From: a virus
Lineage: Duplodnaviria > Heunggongvirae > Uroviricota > Caudoviricetes
IMG/VR virus record: IMGVR_UViG_3300031760_000008
Location: 76,337 to 140,336 of that record
Length of the DNA stretch: 64,000 nucleotides
Strand: one strand, 5' to 3'
Both the position numbers and the translations under genes were made by a program. Below are positions 19,015 to 28,657 of the stretch, piece by piece. Every line of letters starts with the position of its first letter. Positions within the stretch are counted from its first letter, which is position 1. Below the pieces are notes generated by a model. That model worked only from the letters and a program-made list of their open reading frames with translations. It did no database searches and had not been told where the DNA came from.

Positions 19015-20794
19015 TAACTCTTAAATTATCTATTTTAGTAGGATTTCCTGATTGATCTCCCAACAAAGTTACTTTTATATTAGGTACTTGACCTTCTACT
19101 ATAAATAAATTAGCAGGATGTTCTTCTAAATATTTTTTAATATTCTCATCTACAGTTACTCCTGATTGATCTTCTGCATCTTTTATATTTTCTAGTTGAG
19201 ATAATCCAATGCCTATAGCAAGATCTCCAATTCTTTGATCCCATATTAAATTATCATTTAGAAAATAATTATCATTAACTTTAAATTTAACATCTTCTTC
19301 TATTTTATTAACAGGCTCGTTGTCATTTAATTTTTTATCTATAACTCCTTTAGCAAATTTTAAGAAATTATAAAATTCATCTAATCCCATTTCATATTGA
19401 GCTCTTTCAACTAGTTCTTTTAATTGTGTACTATAATTAATTTGACCTTCTTCTACTTTTTTAGATTCATCTAATTCTACTCCATATTTTTCCATTTCTT
19501 CATCTGTCATCTCTAAATCATTCTTTAATACTCTTTTATAATCTTCTGGTTGTAAATGATCAAATAACCATTGTAATCCTATTTCTACTATATCTTGAAT
19601 TTTACCATCTGGAATATCTTGATCACCTTCATAAATACTTTGATCTATATCCATCTCTTTAAATAAATTTTCTAAATCGCTTGTATGAATATATCTATCT
19701 ATTATAGCTAATATTTCACCAGCCATAAATTTTTTACTATCTTCAAATGATTCTTCTTTTTTATCATATTTTAAAGCTTTCTTTAAAGGTAATACTGATA
19801 CTTCATTAGCATTAAATTCAATCTCTATCCTCTCAGCTGCTTCTCTAGCTTCTTCTTCAGAATCGAATTTTTTACCATCATTAGCACTTTTATATAAATT
19901 ATCTTCACCTTTTTCAATATTATTACCTATATAACCTTGAGATCCTCCTATAGAACCATAAACTACATATTCTTTATGAAATAGTCCTTCATCTTTCTTT
20001 TGAACTCCTTCTAAAGCTGAATTTAAAGTATTATATACTGTATCATTTGTATACCCTGAAAATAATCCTTCTAAATTATTTTCAACTACATCAGCAGCTT
20101 TATCATCTTCTGTTTCACCTTCAATATTTAATACTATGTTAAAAGCATCTAAATGATCTTTAACATAACTAAATAAATCTACTACAGCATAATCTTCATC
20201 AGCTCTTATAATTTTTGTACCTTTAGCTATAGTAGCTAAACATTTATCAAATGAATCATTACTATTTTCATCATAATCAAAATAAACTATCATATCAATA
20301 GTATTATCTCCGATATCTAATCCATCTAATCCTTTTTGATGTCTATCTAAAATTAAATCTGCTAAAGTTTTTATTTCTTTATTTTCTTCCATTTTATGAA
20401 CTCCTTCCTCCAATTTTTTAATTTCTTTTAATTTAATAAAATTTTTATTAGCCTCTTTACATTTCATTATCATTTCAGGTTTACTCATATCTTCTTTTGG
20501 AGTAAACTCAAACTCATTATCTTTACCATCTTGGTCTGAATATATAATATTATATTTTTGATCTTTTTTATATATATCAAAATTCTCATCTAAGTCTTTT
20601 ATTACTTCATAATCAGAATATATAGAAGCTCTTGTTTTAGGAGGGGTATGTTTTGCTTTTTCTTTTTCCATAAATTCTTGAGCTTCTTTTTCTGTTTCAA
20701 ATTTATTATTATATATAAATTCTTTAGGCTTTCTATAATATCCTCTATCATTGCCTTCACACCAATCAGCTACTTTACATTTAACTATGAACAT
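19007..20794 (-). CDS. Acidic multi-domain protein with LxE linkers (putative internal head polyprotein)
   Basis: LDEN, KLEEG, KDEG, KEES, LDESKKVEEG and KIEED linkers. Confidence 0.5.
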   Translation of the reverse strand: MFIVKCKVADWCEGNDRGYYRKPKEFIYNNKFETEKEAQEFMEKEKAKHTPPKTRASIYSDYEVIKDLDENFDIYKKDQKYNIIYSDQDGKDNEFEFTPKEDMSKPEMIMKCKEANKNFIKLKEIKKLEEGVHKMEENKEIKTLADLILDRHQKGLDGLDIGDNTIDMIVYFDYDENSNDSFDKCLATIAKGTKIIRADEDYAVVDLFSYVKDHLDAFNIVLNIEGETEDDKAADVVENNLEGLFSGYTNDTVYNTLNSALEGVQKKDEGLFHKEYVVYGSIGGSQGYIGNNIEKGEDNLYKSANDGKKFDSEEEAREAAERIEIEFNANEVSVLPLKKALKYDKKEESFEDSKKFMAGEILAIIDRYIHTSDLENLFKEMDIDQSIYEGDQDIPDGKIQDIVEIGLQWLFDHLQPEDYKRVLKNDLEMTDEEMEKYGVELDESKKVEEGQINYSTQLKELVERAQYEMGLDEFYNFLKFAKGVIDKKLNDNEPVNKIEEDVKFKVNDNYFLNDNLIWDQRIGDLAIGIGLSQLENIKDAEDQSGVTVDENIKKYLEEHPANLFIVEGQVPNIKVTLLGDQSGNPTKIDNLRVNG

Positions 20795-20797
20795 TGA

Positions 20798-21199
20798 TTA
20801 TTCCTCCTTATTTATATAAGATTCAAACATTTCAGTGTCATCTAAATCAATATATAAGTCTGAATCAGGAGCATATTTAAGATATTCCATATATTCAAAA
20901 GCTTTTTTAACTGAAAAACTTTCATCTTTTTCTAAATAATTTTCTAAGATATTAACATAAGAATCTTGATCAAAATATCCTTGTTCTTCTAATTCTTTAG
21001 CGTCTTCTAATATATTATTTTGTTGATCTTCAGTTAATTCTGTATTATCTTCTTTAAAAATAGATTGAATTAATTTTACATTATCTACAGTTGAACCTAT
21101 ATCATCTAGAATATATTTCATTATATGATTTTTATCATCTATACCTTCTTTTAGATAATACATATATAAATATCTAATTCTTTTTTCTATATCTGACAT
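20798..21199 (-). CDS. Acidic hypothetical protein
   Basis: ORF-track 20798..21271; more likely start is ATG at 21199 (MSDIEKR) with GAGGTG RBS; contains LTED. Confidence 0.5.
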   Translation of the reverse strand: MSDIEKRIRYLYMYYLKEGIDDKNHIMKYILDDIGSTVDNVKLIQSIFKEDNTELTEDQQNNILEDAKELEEQGYFDQDSYVNILENYLEKDESFSVKKAFEYMEYLKYAPDSDLYIDLDDTEMFESYINKEE

Positions 21200-21209
21200 A
21201 ATATCACCT

Positions 21210-21806
21210 CTAATCCCACCAAGCTCTAGTATAACCGCTATATTCACCATATTCATCAGGTTGATTATCAATACCTAATGAATTAATAAAATCATAAAGA
21301 ATCACTTTATTTTCTTTATTAGATTCTGCTTTAACTCCTACTATTTCTAATCTATAATCAGATCTATCAGGTCCTGCTATTCCTATTTCAGCTACAAATT
21401 GAGGATTTTCTTCCATAAATTTTAATAAGACACCATTTCCAGGACAATCATTATGAGCCATTTCTGAATCCCAAAAATCAGGCATAGCTTCTATTAAAGC
21501 ATGTAATTGCTCAATAGTAGTATGATCATAATAAATATAATCACCTACTATATCATCATTTTCTAAATTTAATATCTTTAAAGCTACATCCCATTGAGTT
21601 TGTAAATTATTATCTACTTCATTTTCTTCTTGAGTTGGATGAAACTCTATATCTTCAGTTTTATTAGATTTTTCTAATTCATTTAACTCGTCCATAATTT
21701 TATCCCTTTCTATTTCTAATCTACTTGTATCATAATGTAAAGGAGCTGTTGATAATTTATACTGAACATTATCTAATCTTCTCTTTAATAAATCAATTCT
21801 ATCCAT
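21210..21806 (-). CDS. Acidic hypothetical protein
   Basis: 198-aa ORF with GGAGG RBS; KTED linker separates two segments. Confidence 0.55.
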   Translation of the reverse strand: MDRIDLLKRRLDNVQYKLSTAPLHYDTSRLEIERDKIMDELNELEKSNKTEDIEFHPTQEENEVDNNLQTQWDVALKILNLENDDIVGDYIYYDHTTIEQLHALIEAMPDFWDSEMAHNDCPGNGVLLKFMEENPQFVAEIGIAGPDRSDYRLEIVGVKAESNKENKVILYDFINSLGIDNQPDEYGEYSGYTRAWWD

Positions 21807-21811
21807 TTTTA

Positions 21812-22102
21812 TTATGCCTCCTCTTTTAAATTTTCTATAAAATCATATAATTCTGCTTCAGCTTCTTGATATTTTTCATAATCCAATTGATCTGTTAAGT
21901 ATTCAACTTCATCTAAAGAATCAACTTCTTCTATAATAGCATCATAATAATCTTCATGTTCTGGTACCCATTCTTCAATATAAGAATCTAAATTAGATTT
22001 ATAATCTTCATCTTCTTCTATATTATTTCTATCTTTGTAATCTTTCCAATCCTGAAGAAACTCTTCTTTTATTATTTTAGCTAAATTATTCGTTATCTTC
22101 AT
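21812..22102 (-). CDS. Small acidic hypothetical protein
   Basis: Likely start MKITNN at 22102 behind a GGAGG RBS. Confidence 0.5.
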   Translation of the reverse strand: MKITNNLAKIIKEEFLQDWKDYKDRNNIEEDEDYKSNLDSYIEEWVPEHEDYYDAIIEEVDSLDEVEYLTDQLDYEKYQEAEAELYDFIENLKEEA

Positions 22103-23192
22103 TTTCTTCCTCCTCATTATTTTCTATATTCTCATCAGGCTCTTGTGTTGAATTTTTATTATCCTCTTTATATTTTTCTATCCATCTAGTCATAATATTA
22201 ATTTCGTTAGGCTGTAATTTTGCTCCTGCAAAATTATCTTGAACATATTTCATTAAACTATCTTTAATATGGAAAGTATCAGCGTTCATAATATAATCTT
22301 TATTATCTTCAATATAATCGTTTGCAATTTCTTCAATTTGCTCTTGACGATTAGCAAATTTAGACCAAAATCCTTTCTTAGCATTTTGTCTTGCAAGTTC
22401 ATCTGGTAATGTTAATTCTTGACCTTCTTTAGGTCTTAAATATTCATTTACTTTATCTATATTTTTCTCTATAAAATCCATTATAGTTCCAGTTACTTGT
22501 TGTAACCATTTTTTATTAGATAACATAGCAATAAGATGTTTACACATAGAACCATAGTTATGAGGATTAGTAATATTAGCAGGTCGGTTTTCAGGTTTAC
22601 CATATTTATAATCAAGCTGTGTAGCTTGATATGCAAATCTATATCCAAAATCTGGACAAGTACAATTTATTTTAATTTCCAAAGCATCTATTGATTCCAT
22701 TATAGCTTGAGTTATAGCTTTAGTATTTACTTGATTATTAGGATTTCTTTCAGCCTCCATTTGAATCCAAATTAAAATATCATTCATTTCTACAGTATCA
22801 TAATAATCTCCAACTTTACAAGTTACTGTTATTGTATCAGTTCTAAAAATAGAAGTTGTATCTATATCTACAATACTAAATCCTTTATATTGAGCTGATT
22901 TTCTATATCTAGTAATTGTATCAGACTTTGCTAAAGCTAATAATTCATTTCTTGAAGCTTCTGTTAAAGAATATAATTTAGATTCTGTTAAATGCTTAAT
23001 TGCATCATATCTAGTAGCTAAAACTGTTAATAAATCTTTTTTAGTTTTTTCCCATATGTAATTATTTCCACAACCATCATCATAACCATCTTCAAATTCT
23101 ATAACCCAATATCCATCTCCACCTTTGTAGAAATCTTTGATCATAAAATCATATTTAGATGGTATTCCTTGAAATTTACTTTCTAAGAGCAT
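22086..23192 (-). CDS. SWIM zinc-finger protein with N-terminal LxE motifs
   Basis: CTCPDF...CKHL SWIM signature at about 22530-22670; LLESK, LTESK and LTEAS near the N-terminus. Confidence 0.7.
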   Translation of the reverse strand: MLLESKFQGIPSKYDFMIKDFYKGGDGYWVIEFEDGYDDGCGNNYIWEKTKKDLLTVLATRYDAIKHLTESKLYSLTEASRNELLALAKSDTITRYRKSAQYKGFSIVDIDTTSIFRTDTITVTCKVGDYYDTVEMNDILIWIQMEAERNPNNQVNTKAITQAIMESIDALEIKINCTCPDFGYRFAYQATQLDYKYGKPENRPANITNPHNYGSMCKHLIAMLSNKKWLQQVTGTIMDFIEKNIDKVNEYLRPKEGQELTLPDELARQNAKKGFWSKFANRQEQIEEIANDYIEDNKDYIMNADTFHIKDSLMKYVQDNFAGAKLQPNEINIMTRWIEKYKEDNKNSTQEPDENIENNEEEENEDNE

Positions 23193-23216
23193 CTAACATA
23201 TCTTCCTTTCGTTCAT

Positions 23217-23248
23217 ATTATATAACATTTTTAAATAAAAATAACGGG
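23217..23248 (-). promoter_or_regulatory. Early/middle promoter variant CCCGTTATT-N17-TATAAT
   Basis: Same 17-bp spacing as the four CGTTCCA copies. Confidence 0.5.
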
Positions 23249-23269
23249 ATTTATAAACATTATTTCAAT

Positions 23270-23284
23270 CTAATAATATTTTAC
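23270..23284 (-). promoter_or_regulatory. Putative late promoter motif
   Basis: GTAAAATATTATTAG upstream of the SWIM/acidic operon. Confidence 0.7.
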
Positions 23285-23287
23285 ATA

Positions 23288-23321
23288 AAAATAAAGAGTA
23301 GAACTTAATCTACTCTTTTTT
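23288..23321 (-). terminator. Intrinsic terminator after the endolysin
   Basis: aaagagtaga/tctactcttt. Confidence 0.7.
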
Positions 23322-23336
23322 GGAAAGGAATTTTTA

Positions 23337-24578
23337 TTAATATTTTAATTTTTGTCCTGGATATATTGTATATGGAGATCTGATACCATTTTTATCTGCT
23401 ATTGATTTCCAATTAACTCCAAGTTTTGCACCTATTCCAGATAATGTATCTCCTGATTTAACTGTATATGTTCTAGATGAAGAGCTTCCTCCTCCTAATT
23501 TCTTATTTACAATATCTTGTATAACACTGAAATTATATCCAGCTTCTTCTAATTTTCTTCTTCTATCGTCTCCATTACTCCATTTACCAGCTATAACTTC
23601 ATCAGCTATTGTTTCATTTGATTTCTTTGGAGTAGATCCTCCTACTAATTCATTTACTTTATTCTGAACAGCATTATAATCATATCCAGCCTGAGTTAAT
23701 CTATTTTTACGATCATCACCATTTCCCCATTGTCCTGCAATTACTTCTCTAGCGATTTCATCAATAGACTTTTTAGCTGGTTGAGATCCGCCTTTTAATA
23801 TTTCATTTACTCTAGCTTGCACTGCATTATAATCATATCCTGCATTTATTAATCTATTCTTTCTATCATCACCATTTCCCCAAGCTCCATTTATAACTTC
23901 TCTTGCTACTTCATCTATTGATTTAGTTGGAGCAGGTCTTGGATTAGTTCCGCCCTTAACTATAAAATCTTTATAGCCATAATTCATATCTAATCTTCCT
24001 GAATATCCATTTAAATATCCATCAGATGTAAATTGCCATATACCACAACGAGAAGCATTTTCACCTTCAGAAGAAGTATTCATTCCTGTTTGTTTTCCTC
24101 CTCTTGTTGGCCAGTGAGCTACCCATTTATCAAAAGCTGTTAATCCTGCAAGTTGATTATTAAACCAAGATGAACTAGCATATACCATTGCATAGTATCC
24201 TGCATTCTCGAAAGCTCTACATTCAATTGTACATATATCTCTTAATGTTTGATTTGAAGGCATTCCATTTCTTTTCTTATAGCCATCTGCATCTTCCATA
24301 TCAATTACTAAGAAGTTAGGTTTAACTGCATATGAATTAGCTAAATTAATAACATTTTGAGCTTCTTGAGCAGCTCTATCAGTATTTAAAGCATACGAAT
24401 AAATATATAAACCATATGGTTTTCCGTTCTGTATTGCTAAATTAACATTTCTATCAACTTTACTATCTTTACTAATACCTGCATGAGATCTAAATATGAA
24501 AAAATCTACTTGATTTGCCAAAGCTCCTATATTAATATCTCCCTGCCAAGCACTAATATCTGGTCCAATATATGCCAT
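23337..24578 (-). CDS. Endolysin: GH25 muramidase, 3 Cpl-7 (CW_7) repeats, LysM
   Basis: PDISAWQG, IDMED and WQFTSDG GH25 motifs; three KSIDEVAREVIxGxWGNGDDRKNRL repeats; YTVKSGDTLSGIG..IYPGQKL LysM. Confidence 0.9.
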   Translation of the reverse strand: MAYIGPDISAWQGDINIGALANQVDFFIFRSHAGISKDSKVDRNVNLAIQNGKPYGLYIYSYALNTDRAAQEAQNVINLANSYAVKPNFLVIDMEDADGYKKRNGMPSNQTLRDICTIECRAFENAGYYAMVYASSSWFNNQLAGLTAFDKWVAHWPTRGGKQTGMNTSSEGENASRCGIWQFTSDGYLNGYSGRLDMNYGYKDFIVKGGTNPRPAPTKSIDEVAREVINGAWGNGDDRKNRLINAGYDYNAVQARVNEILKGGSQPAKKSIDEIAREVIAGQWGNGDDRKNRLTQAGYDYNAVQNKVNELVGGSTPKKSNETIADEVIAGKWSNGDDRRRKLEEAGYNFSVIQDIVNKKLGGGSSSSRTYTVKSGDTLSGIGAKLGVNWKSIADKNGIRSPYTIYPGQKLKY

Positions 24579-24658
24579 TATTCTTTTACCTCCTCTTCTT
24601 CTTCATAATTTCTTAATTCTTCGATGTTAACATCTTCGATAACTTCATTTTCATCCAT
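24578..24658 (-). CDS. 26-aa acidic micro-ORF coupled to the endolysin
   Basis: MDENEVIEDVNIEELRNYEEEEVKE; GGAGG RBS; TAATG stop/start overlap with the endolysin. Confidence 0.65.
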   Translation of the reverse strand: MDENEVIEDVNIEELRNYEEEEEVKE

Positions 24659-24684
24659 TTATAAGTTACCTCCTCTCTTTTCAT

Positions 24685-24699
24685 CTATTAATATTTTAC
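24685..24699 (-). promoter_or_regulatory. Putative late promoter motif
   Basis: GTAAAATATTAATAG upstream of the micro-ORF and endolysin. Confidence 0.7.
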
Positions 24700-24702
24700 T
24701 TA

Positions 24703-24737
24703 AAAATGAAAAAGAGACTATTTTTCAATAGTCTCCT
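24703..24737 (-). terminator. Intrinsic terminator after the C39 peptidase
   Basis: gagactatt/aatagtctc. Confidence 0.65.
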
Positions 24738-24752
24738 TATATTATTTATGAT

Positions 24753-25913
24753 TTATTTATAGGCATTTATATTAACATATGCTACTCTTCCAGTTGCAAC
24801 AGCTATAACTTTATCTACGTTACTTGAAGTATTTTCTAATATCTTAACAGTTGTATTTGCTTTATATGTATATACAGTACCTGTTAAATCTGGTTTTGAA
24901 TACATATAAGTTGTAGATTTAAATTTTCTAGTTTCACCTACAGTGTTTCTTCCTGATGGTTTTGAATCAGCTAAATATTGTGTTGATACCCAACCACTAA
25001 CAGGACTTTCTATACTGCTCCAATCTCCTGATTGACCTGTTACAATTACTTGAGTACCTTTTTGTAAGCTACCTATTACATTTCCTCCAGGATTATCTCT
25101 AACATTTAAAGGTAATGAATTTGTATTTACATACATTGTTCTTTTTGTTACAGGTTCTGAATAAGTTAAATAATAATTTGCTACCCATTTATCTGATCCT
25201 ATTCTAGCCCAATCACCTTGTACTTCATATACTAATACTTGAGTTCCTTTTGGTAATGATCCTATTACATCTCCATTAGGAGCATTTCTTACATTTAAAT
25301 TTAAAGATTGTGTATTAACCCAAGCTACTTTTGGATCTGGTTGAGGTCCAGGAGCAGGTGGTTCTATACCTCCAATATTAAATGCAAAGAATCTTTGAGC
25401 ATTTGAATTAGCTTTAAATTGATCTATTTGTACATATGCACTTGTTCCTTCTAAATCTACTAATCCTTGTCTTCCAGGTCTATCAAATTTTCCTGCATAT
25501 AAATAAGGATCATATATACAAATTTCATCCCCTCTATATCCTATAGCAAGTATAAAATGTCCATCAGTAGTCCATAAACCAGGTCCACAGCAAATTACAA
25601 CTGCCCAACCTTTTTTAACATAATCAAATGTTTCATATGAACTAGATAATCTTTTATATTCTAATCCCCATCTTTCTGCTACATAGGGATATAAATCATC
25701 GCTTGTTCCTCCAGGTACTCTAAATCCTTCATTAATACAAATATCTCCCATTTGATCAGGATATATGATTTCTTTAGAACTAGATACTACCATAGCAGCA
25801 CATGTAGGACCACATCCACTTGTTCCTATTGTTTTATTTTCATAACCAGGATAAGCAGGATATGGGTGGTTTTTCCATCTTGAATCTGTTTGATTGTAAT
25901 AAACCTTACTCAT
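24753..25913 (-). CDS. C39-like cysteine peptidase with SH3b domains (second cell-wall hydrolase)
   Basis: YYNQTDSRW..SGCGPTCAAMVVS..GHFIL catalytic motifs; LNVRxxPxGxVIGSLxKGTQV SH3 repeats. Confidence 0.8.
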   Translation of the reverse strand: MSKVYYNQTDSRWKNHPYPAYPGYENKTIGTSGCGPTCAAMVVSSSKEIIYPDQMGDICINEGFRVPGGTSDDLYPYVAERWGLEYKRLSSSYETFDYVKKGWAVVICCGPGLWTTDGHFILAIGYRGDEICIYDPYLYAGKFDRPGRQGLVDLEGTSAYVQIDQFKANSNAQRFFAFNIGGIEPPAPGPQPDPKVAWVNTQSLNLNVRNAPNGDVIGSLPKGTQVLVYEVQGDWARIGSDKWVANYYLTYSEPVTKRTMYVNTNSLPLNVRDNPGGNVIGSLQKGTQVIVTGQSGDWSSIESPVSGWVSTQYLADSKPSGRNTVGETRKFKSTTYMYSKPDLTGTVYTYKANTTVKILENTSSNVDKVIAVATGRVAYVNINAYK

Positions 25914-26074
25914 TATTTACCACCTTCCTCTTCAATTTCTACTTTTTCAGCTTCTTTATAAGAATCGGCTTCTTCAAATGTCATTTTTGGAACTTCTAAA
26001 GTGTCTAATATATTATCAACAAAAACTCCATTAACTGTTTCTAGAACATTATCTGTATTGTTTGTTTCTTCCAT
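25913..26074 (-). CDS. 53-aa acidic micro-ORF coupled to the C39 peptidase
   Basis: MEETNNTDNVLETVNG...EIEEEGGK; GGAGG RBS; TAATG overlap with the peptidase start. Confidence 0.65.
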   Translation of the reverse strand: MEETNNTDNVLETVNGVFVDNILDTLEVPKMTFEEADSYKEAEKVEIEEEGGK

Positions 26075-26100
26075 AATAAGTTACCTCCTTCTTATTATTA

Positions 26101-26115
26101 TCATTAATATTTTAC
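26101..26115 (-). promoter_or_regulatory. Putative late promoter motif
   Basis: GTAAAATATTAATGA upstream of the micro-ORF and C39 peptidase. Confidence 0.65.
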
Positions 26116-26160
26116 CTTTAAATATAAAAAGAAAAAGAATAGATATTTCTATCTACTCTT

Positions 26161-28644
26161 TTATGAATTTTCAAAATAATAATAACATCCAACTAACCCT
26201 TTATTCATTCCCATAGCTATAGGTACTACAAAATATTCCCAGTCATCAGTATTTATTGTATAATTTCTCAAAACACTAATATACGTATAATTATTTCCTG
26301 ATATTATATAATGATACTCATTATTTTCATTATTATAATTTATAGGATGAATAGCAAGACTAAAACTATATAAATTTTTTGATTTATTTGTACTTATCAT
26401 ATTATAAGGAACATTAAGATCATATTTAAAGGTCATATCTTCATTTAAAACTCCTCTATGATAAGGAGCTTCGAAATCAGGTTCTATTAATCCATTAGTA
26501 TATATAAAAGTTCCATCTAGTGATATTTCTCCTATATAATGCAAGTTTTGAATAATAGATTCTCTTGAAAAATTAGATTTATAAATTTTTATTCCATCAA
26601 TAGTAAAATAACTAGATCCATTATAGCAATAATGATTTGTATAAGTTAGAGAACAAGGAGATAAAGTTTCTCCCCAATAAAACTTATCACCAGTAGTCGA
26701 ATAAGTATTTGTAATAGTATTAGTGTCAATATTATAAATTCTTAATTTATATGTATCAGAATTACCATAATAAGGAGATCTTTCTCTATTACGTGTAAAC
26801 CAAACTAGATTTCTTTCATTATCTTTCATTAATTGTCCTTCACTGACAAAAAAACTATCAGGTTCACTTTTATTTGTCCATGTTTCTTTTGAAACTACCT
26901 CTACAGAATTAAAAGTAGATAATTTAATTCTTAGTAAAGTAGAATATCCTGTATAAGAACTAGAACTATAAGCTTTATAAGGACATAAAGCTACAAATAA
27001 ATAATCAGATTGACTATCATATATAACACCTTGAAATCCTGAGGTTTGACCTGCATTAAAAGTATATTCCAATTCTTTTGAATCTTCATTTGTCATACTA
27101 TGTCTAGTTATTTTTAGACTACCATTGGATCCACTAGTAATATAAAAATTTAAATAATATTCTCCAATAATCTTACATAAATTACTATAACTTCTAGAAA
27201 CAGTATAATCAATTGAGGTATCAGATAAAGTGTCTATAATTGAAAAAGAATAATTATTAGAGCTAACATACTTAGGATTGGTTATACCATACCTTTTATC
27301 TAAACTCATATAAGGATATCCATTTTTCTCACTACTATCTAATATAATGGCAATATTATCATTATTAGAAATATTAGTAGATGTTGATATTGTTTTTATT
27401 CTTCCAGTATCTTCTATATTATTAATAGAAGATCCTAAAGCTAATTGATGCTTATAATTATTAATACCTAAATAATTATAAGTATCACTACCAATTGAAC
27501 CTGTACTACTTTTTCTTGATATTGATTCATCATATATCTTTTTAAATATTTTAGATTTATCTAAATGATCCCATATAGAACCATCGCCATATAAAACTTC
27601 TTGAGCTCCCAAAGCAGTTATTCCATCATATAGTTCATAATTTGCTGTAGCAGTAAGCTGTGTAGGAGCTACTTCATACTCACTTTTTTCTATATTATAT
27701 TTAAAAAGTCCAGAGAATACAGGAGAATCAGTTTGTAAAAAATTATTAATAAATTCTATATTTTCCGAATAATTTATTTTAAAAGAAGTAGGTATTTTTA
27801 TAGGTTGTGCTTGTGTTTCAGATATTTCCCATGTAAGTCCATCAGAAGAAATATAATTTAGATTAATATCAAAATATTCTGTCTCCCCTGTAATAGGGTC
27901 TTGATAATTTAATGAGCATTGAAGAGAAGCATCATAATATTCATATTCAGAATCTATATTTATAGAAAAATCTAAACCACCTTGCCAAGCTTCATTAACA
28001 GGTGAGCATGAAATATATGCATAGCTAGGTTCCAAAACAGGTACAGAAGAAAATGTTACAGTATCCTTACAATATAAACTTTGAAAAACAGAAGTTTCGT
28101 ATATATCAGATTTATCATTACTATAAACTACAGCTAATCCATTTTCTTTAGGAGATGAATCCGCCTGCATTTCCTCAATACTACTAAACATCTTTATATC
28201 ACTAGCTTCTCCTGATCCTTCATGAGTTCCAACTATACCTAGTACTGTTTCACCTTTAGCAATTTTTTCAGGTGATAAATTTATAGCTTGTGTTATAGCA
28301 GAATATGTTGCAGATGTTTTTACATCTTTTCTTAATATAACAGGCATATAATTTATATAATATAATTTTTGTTGATTATCATCTGCTTGAACGTTGACAT
28401 GAGGATTATCCACCCCAGAATCATAACTAGATACATTACCTGTGATTTTTTCACCATTGATGTAAGCTGTTCGATTTATTCTAATATCAGATGCTGTTGC
28501 TGTAGCATCTGAAGTGTCAATACCTTCTTCTAAGGTTCCTATGACATCAAATATTTTTACATCTTTTTTAATGTTTTCAGGAATGATTTTAGAAGTTTTT
28601 TCAGCTAAAATATCTTCTGATAATTCTAATGTTTTACTTGACAT
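26161..28644 (-). CDS. Large fibre-family protein with C-terminal beta-rich, possibly propeller, receptor-binding region
   Basis: Shared adaptor [40 protein letters not shown]; S/T/Y/N-rich C-terminus. Confidence 0.6.
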   Translation of the reverse strand: MSSKTLELSEDILAEKTSKIIPENIKKDVKIFDVIGTLEEGIDTSDATATASDIRINRTAYINGEKITGNVSSYDSGVDNPHVNVQADDNQQKLYYINYMPVILRKDVKTSATYSAITQAINLSPEKIAKGETVLGIVGTHEGSGEASDIKMFSSIEEMQADSSPKENGLAVVYSNDKSDIYETSVFQSLYCKDTVTFSSVPVLEPSYAYISCSPVNEAWQGGLDFSINIDSEYEYYDASLQCSLNYQDPITGETEYFDINLNYISSDGLTWEISETQAQPIKIPTSFKINYSENIEFINNFLQTDSPVFSGLFKYNIEKSEYEVAPTQLTATANYELYDGITALGAQEVLYGDGSIWDHLDKSKIFKKIYDESISRKSSTGSIGSDTYNYLGINNYKHQLALGSSINNIEDTGRIKTISTSTNISNNDNIAIILDSSEKNGYPYMSLDKRYGITNPKYVSSNNYSFSIIDTLSDTSIDYTVSRSYSNLCKIIGEYYLNFYITSGSNGSLKITRHSMTNEDSKELEYTFNAGQTSGFQGVIYDSQSDYLFVALCPYKAYSSSSYTGYSTLLRIKLSTFNSVEVVSKETWTNKSEPDSFFVSEGQLMKDNERNLVWFTRNRERSPYYGNSDTYKLRIYNIDTNTITNTYSTTGDKFYWGETLSPCSLTYTNHYCYNGSSYFTIDGIKIYKSNFSRESIIQNLHYIGEISLDGTFIYTNGLIEPDFEAPYHRGVLNEDMTFKYDLNVPYNMISTNKSKNLYSFSLAIHPINYNNENNEYHYIISGNNYTYISVLRNYTINTDDWEYFVVPIAMGMNKGLVGCYYYFENS

Positions 28645-28657
28645 TATAATCTCCTCT

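Noticed and set aside
20798-22117. Calling the small acidic ORFs anti-CRISPRs or DNA mimics
   Set aside because: Acidity and size alone are not evidence; no aca-like gene adjacent and no recognisable family motif
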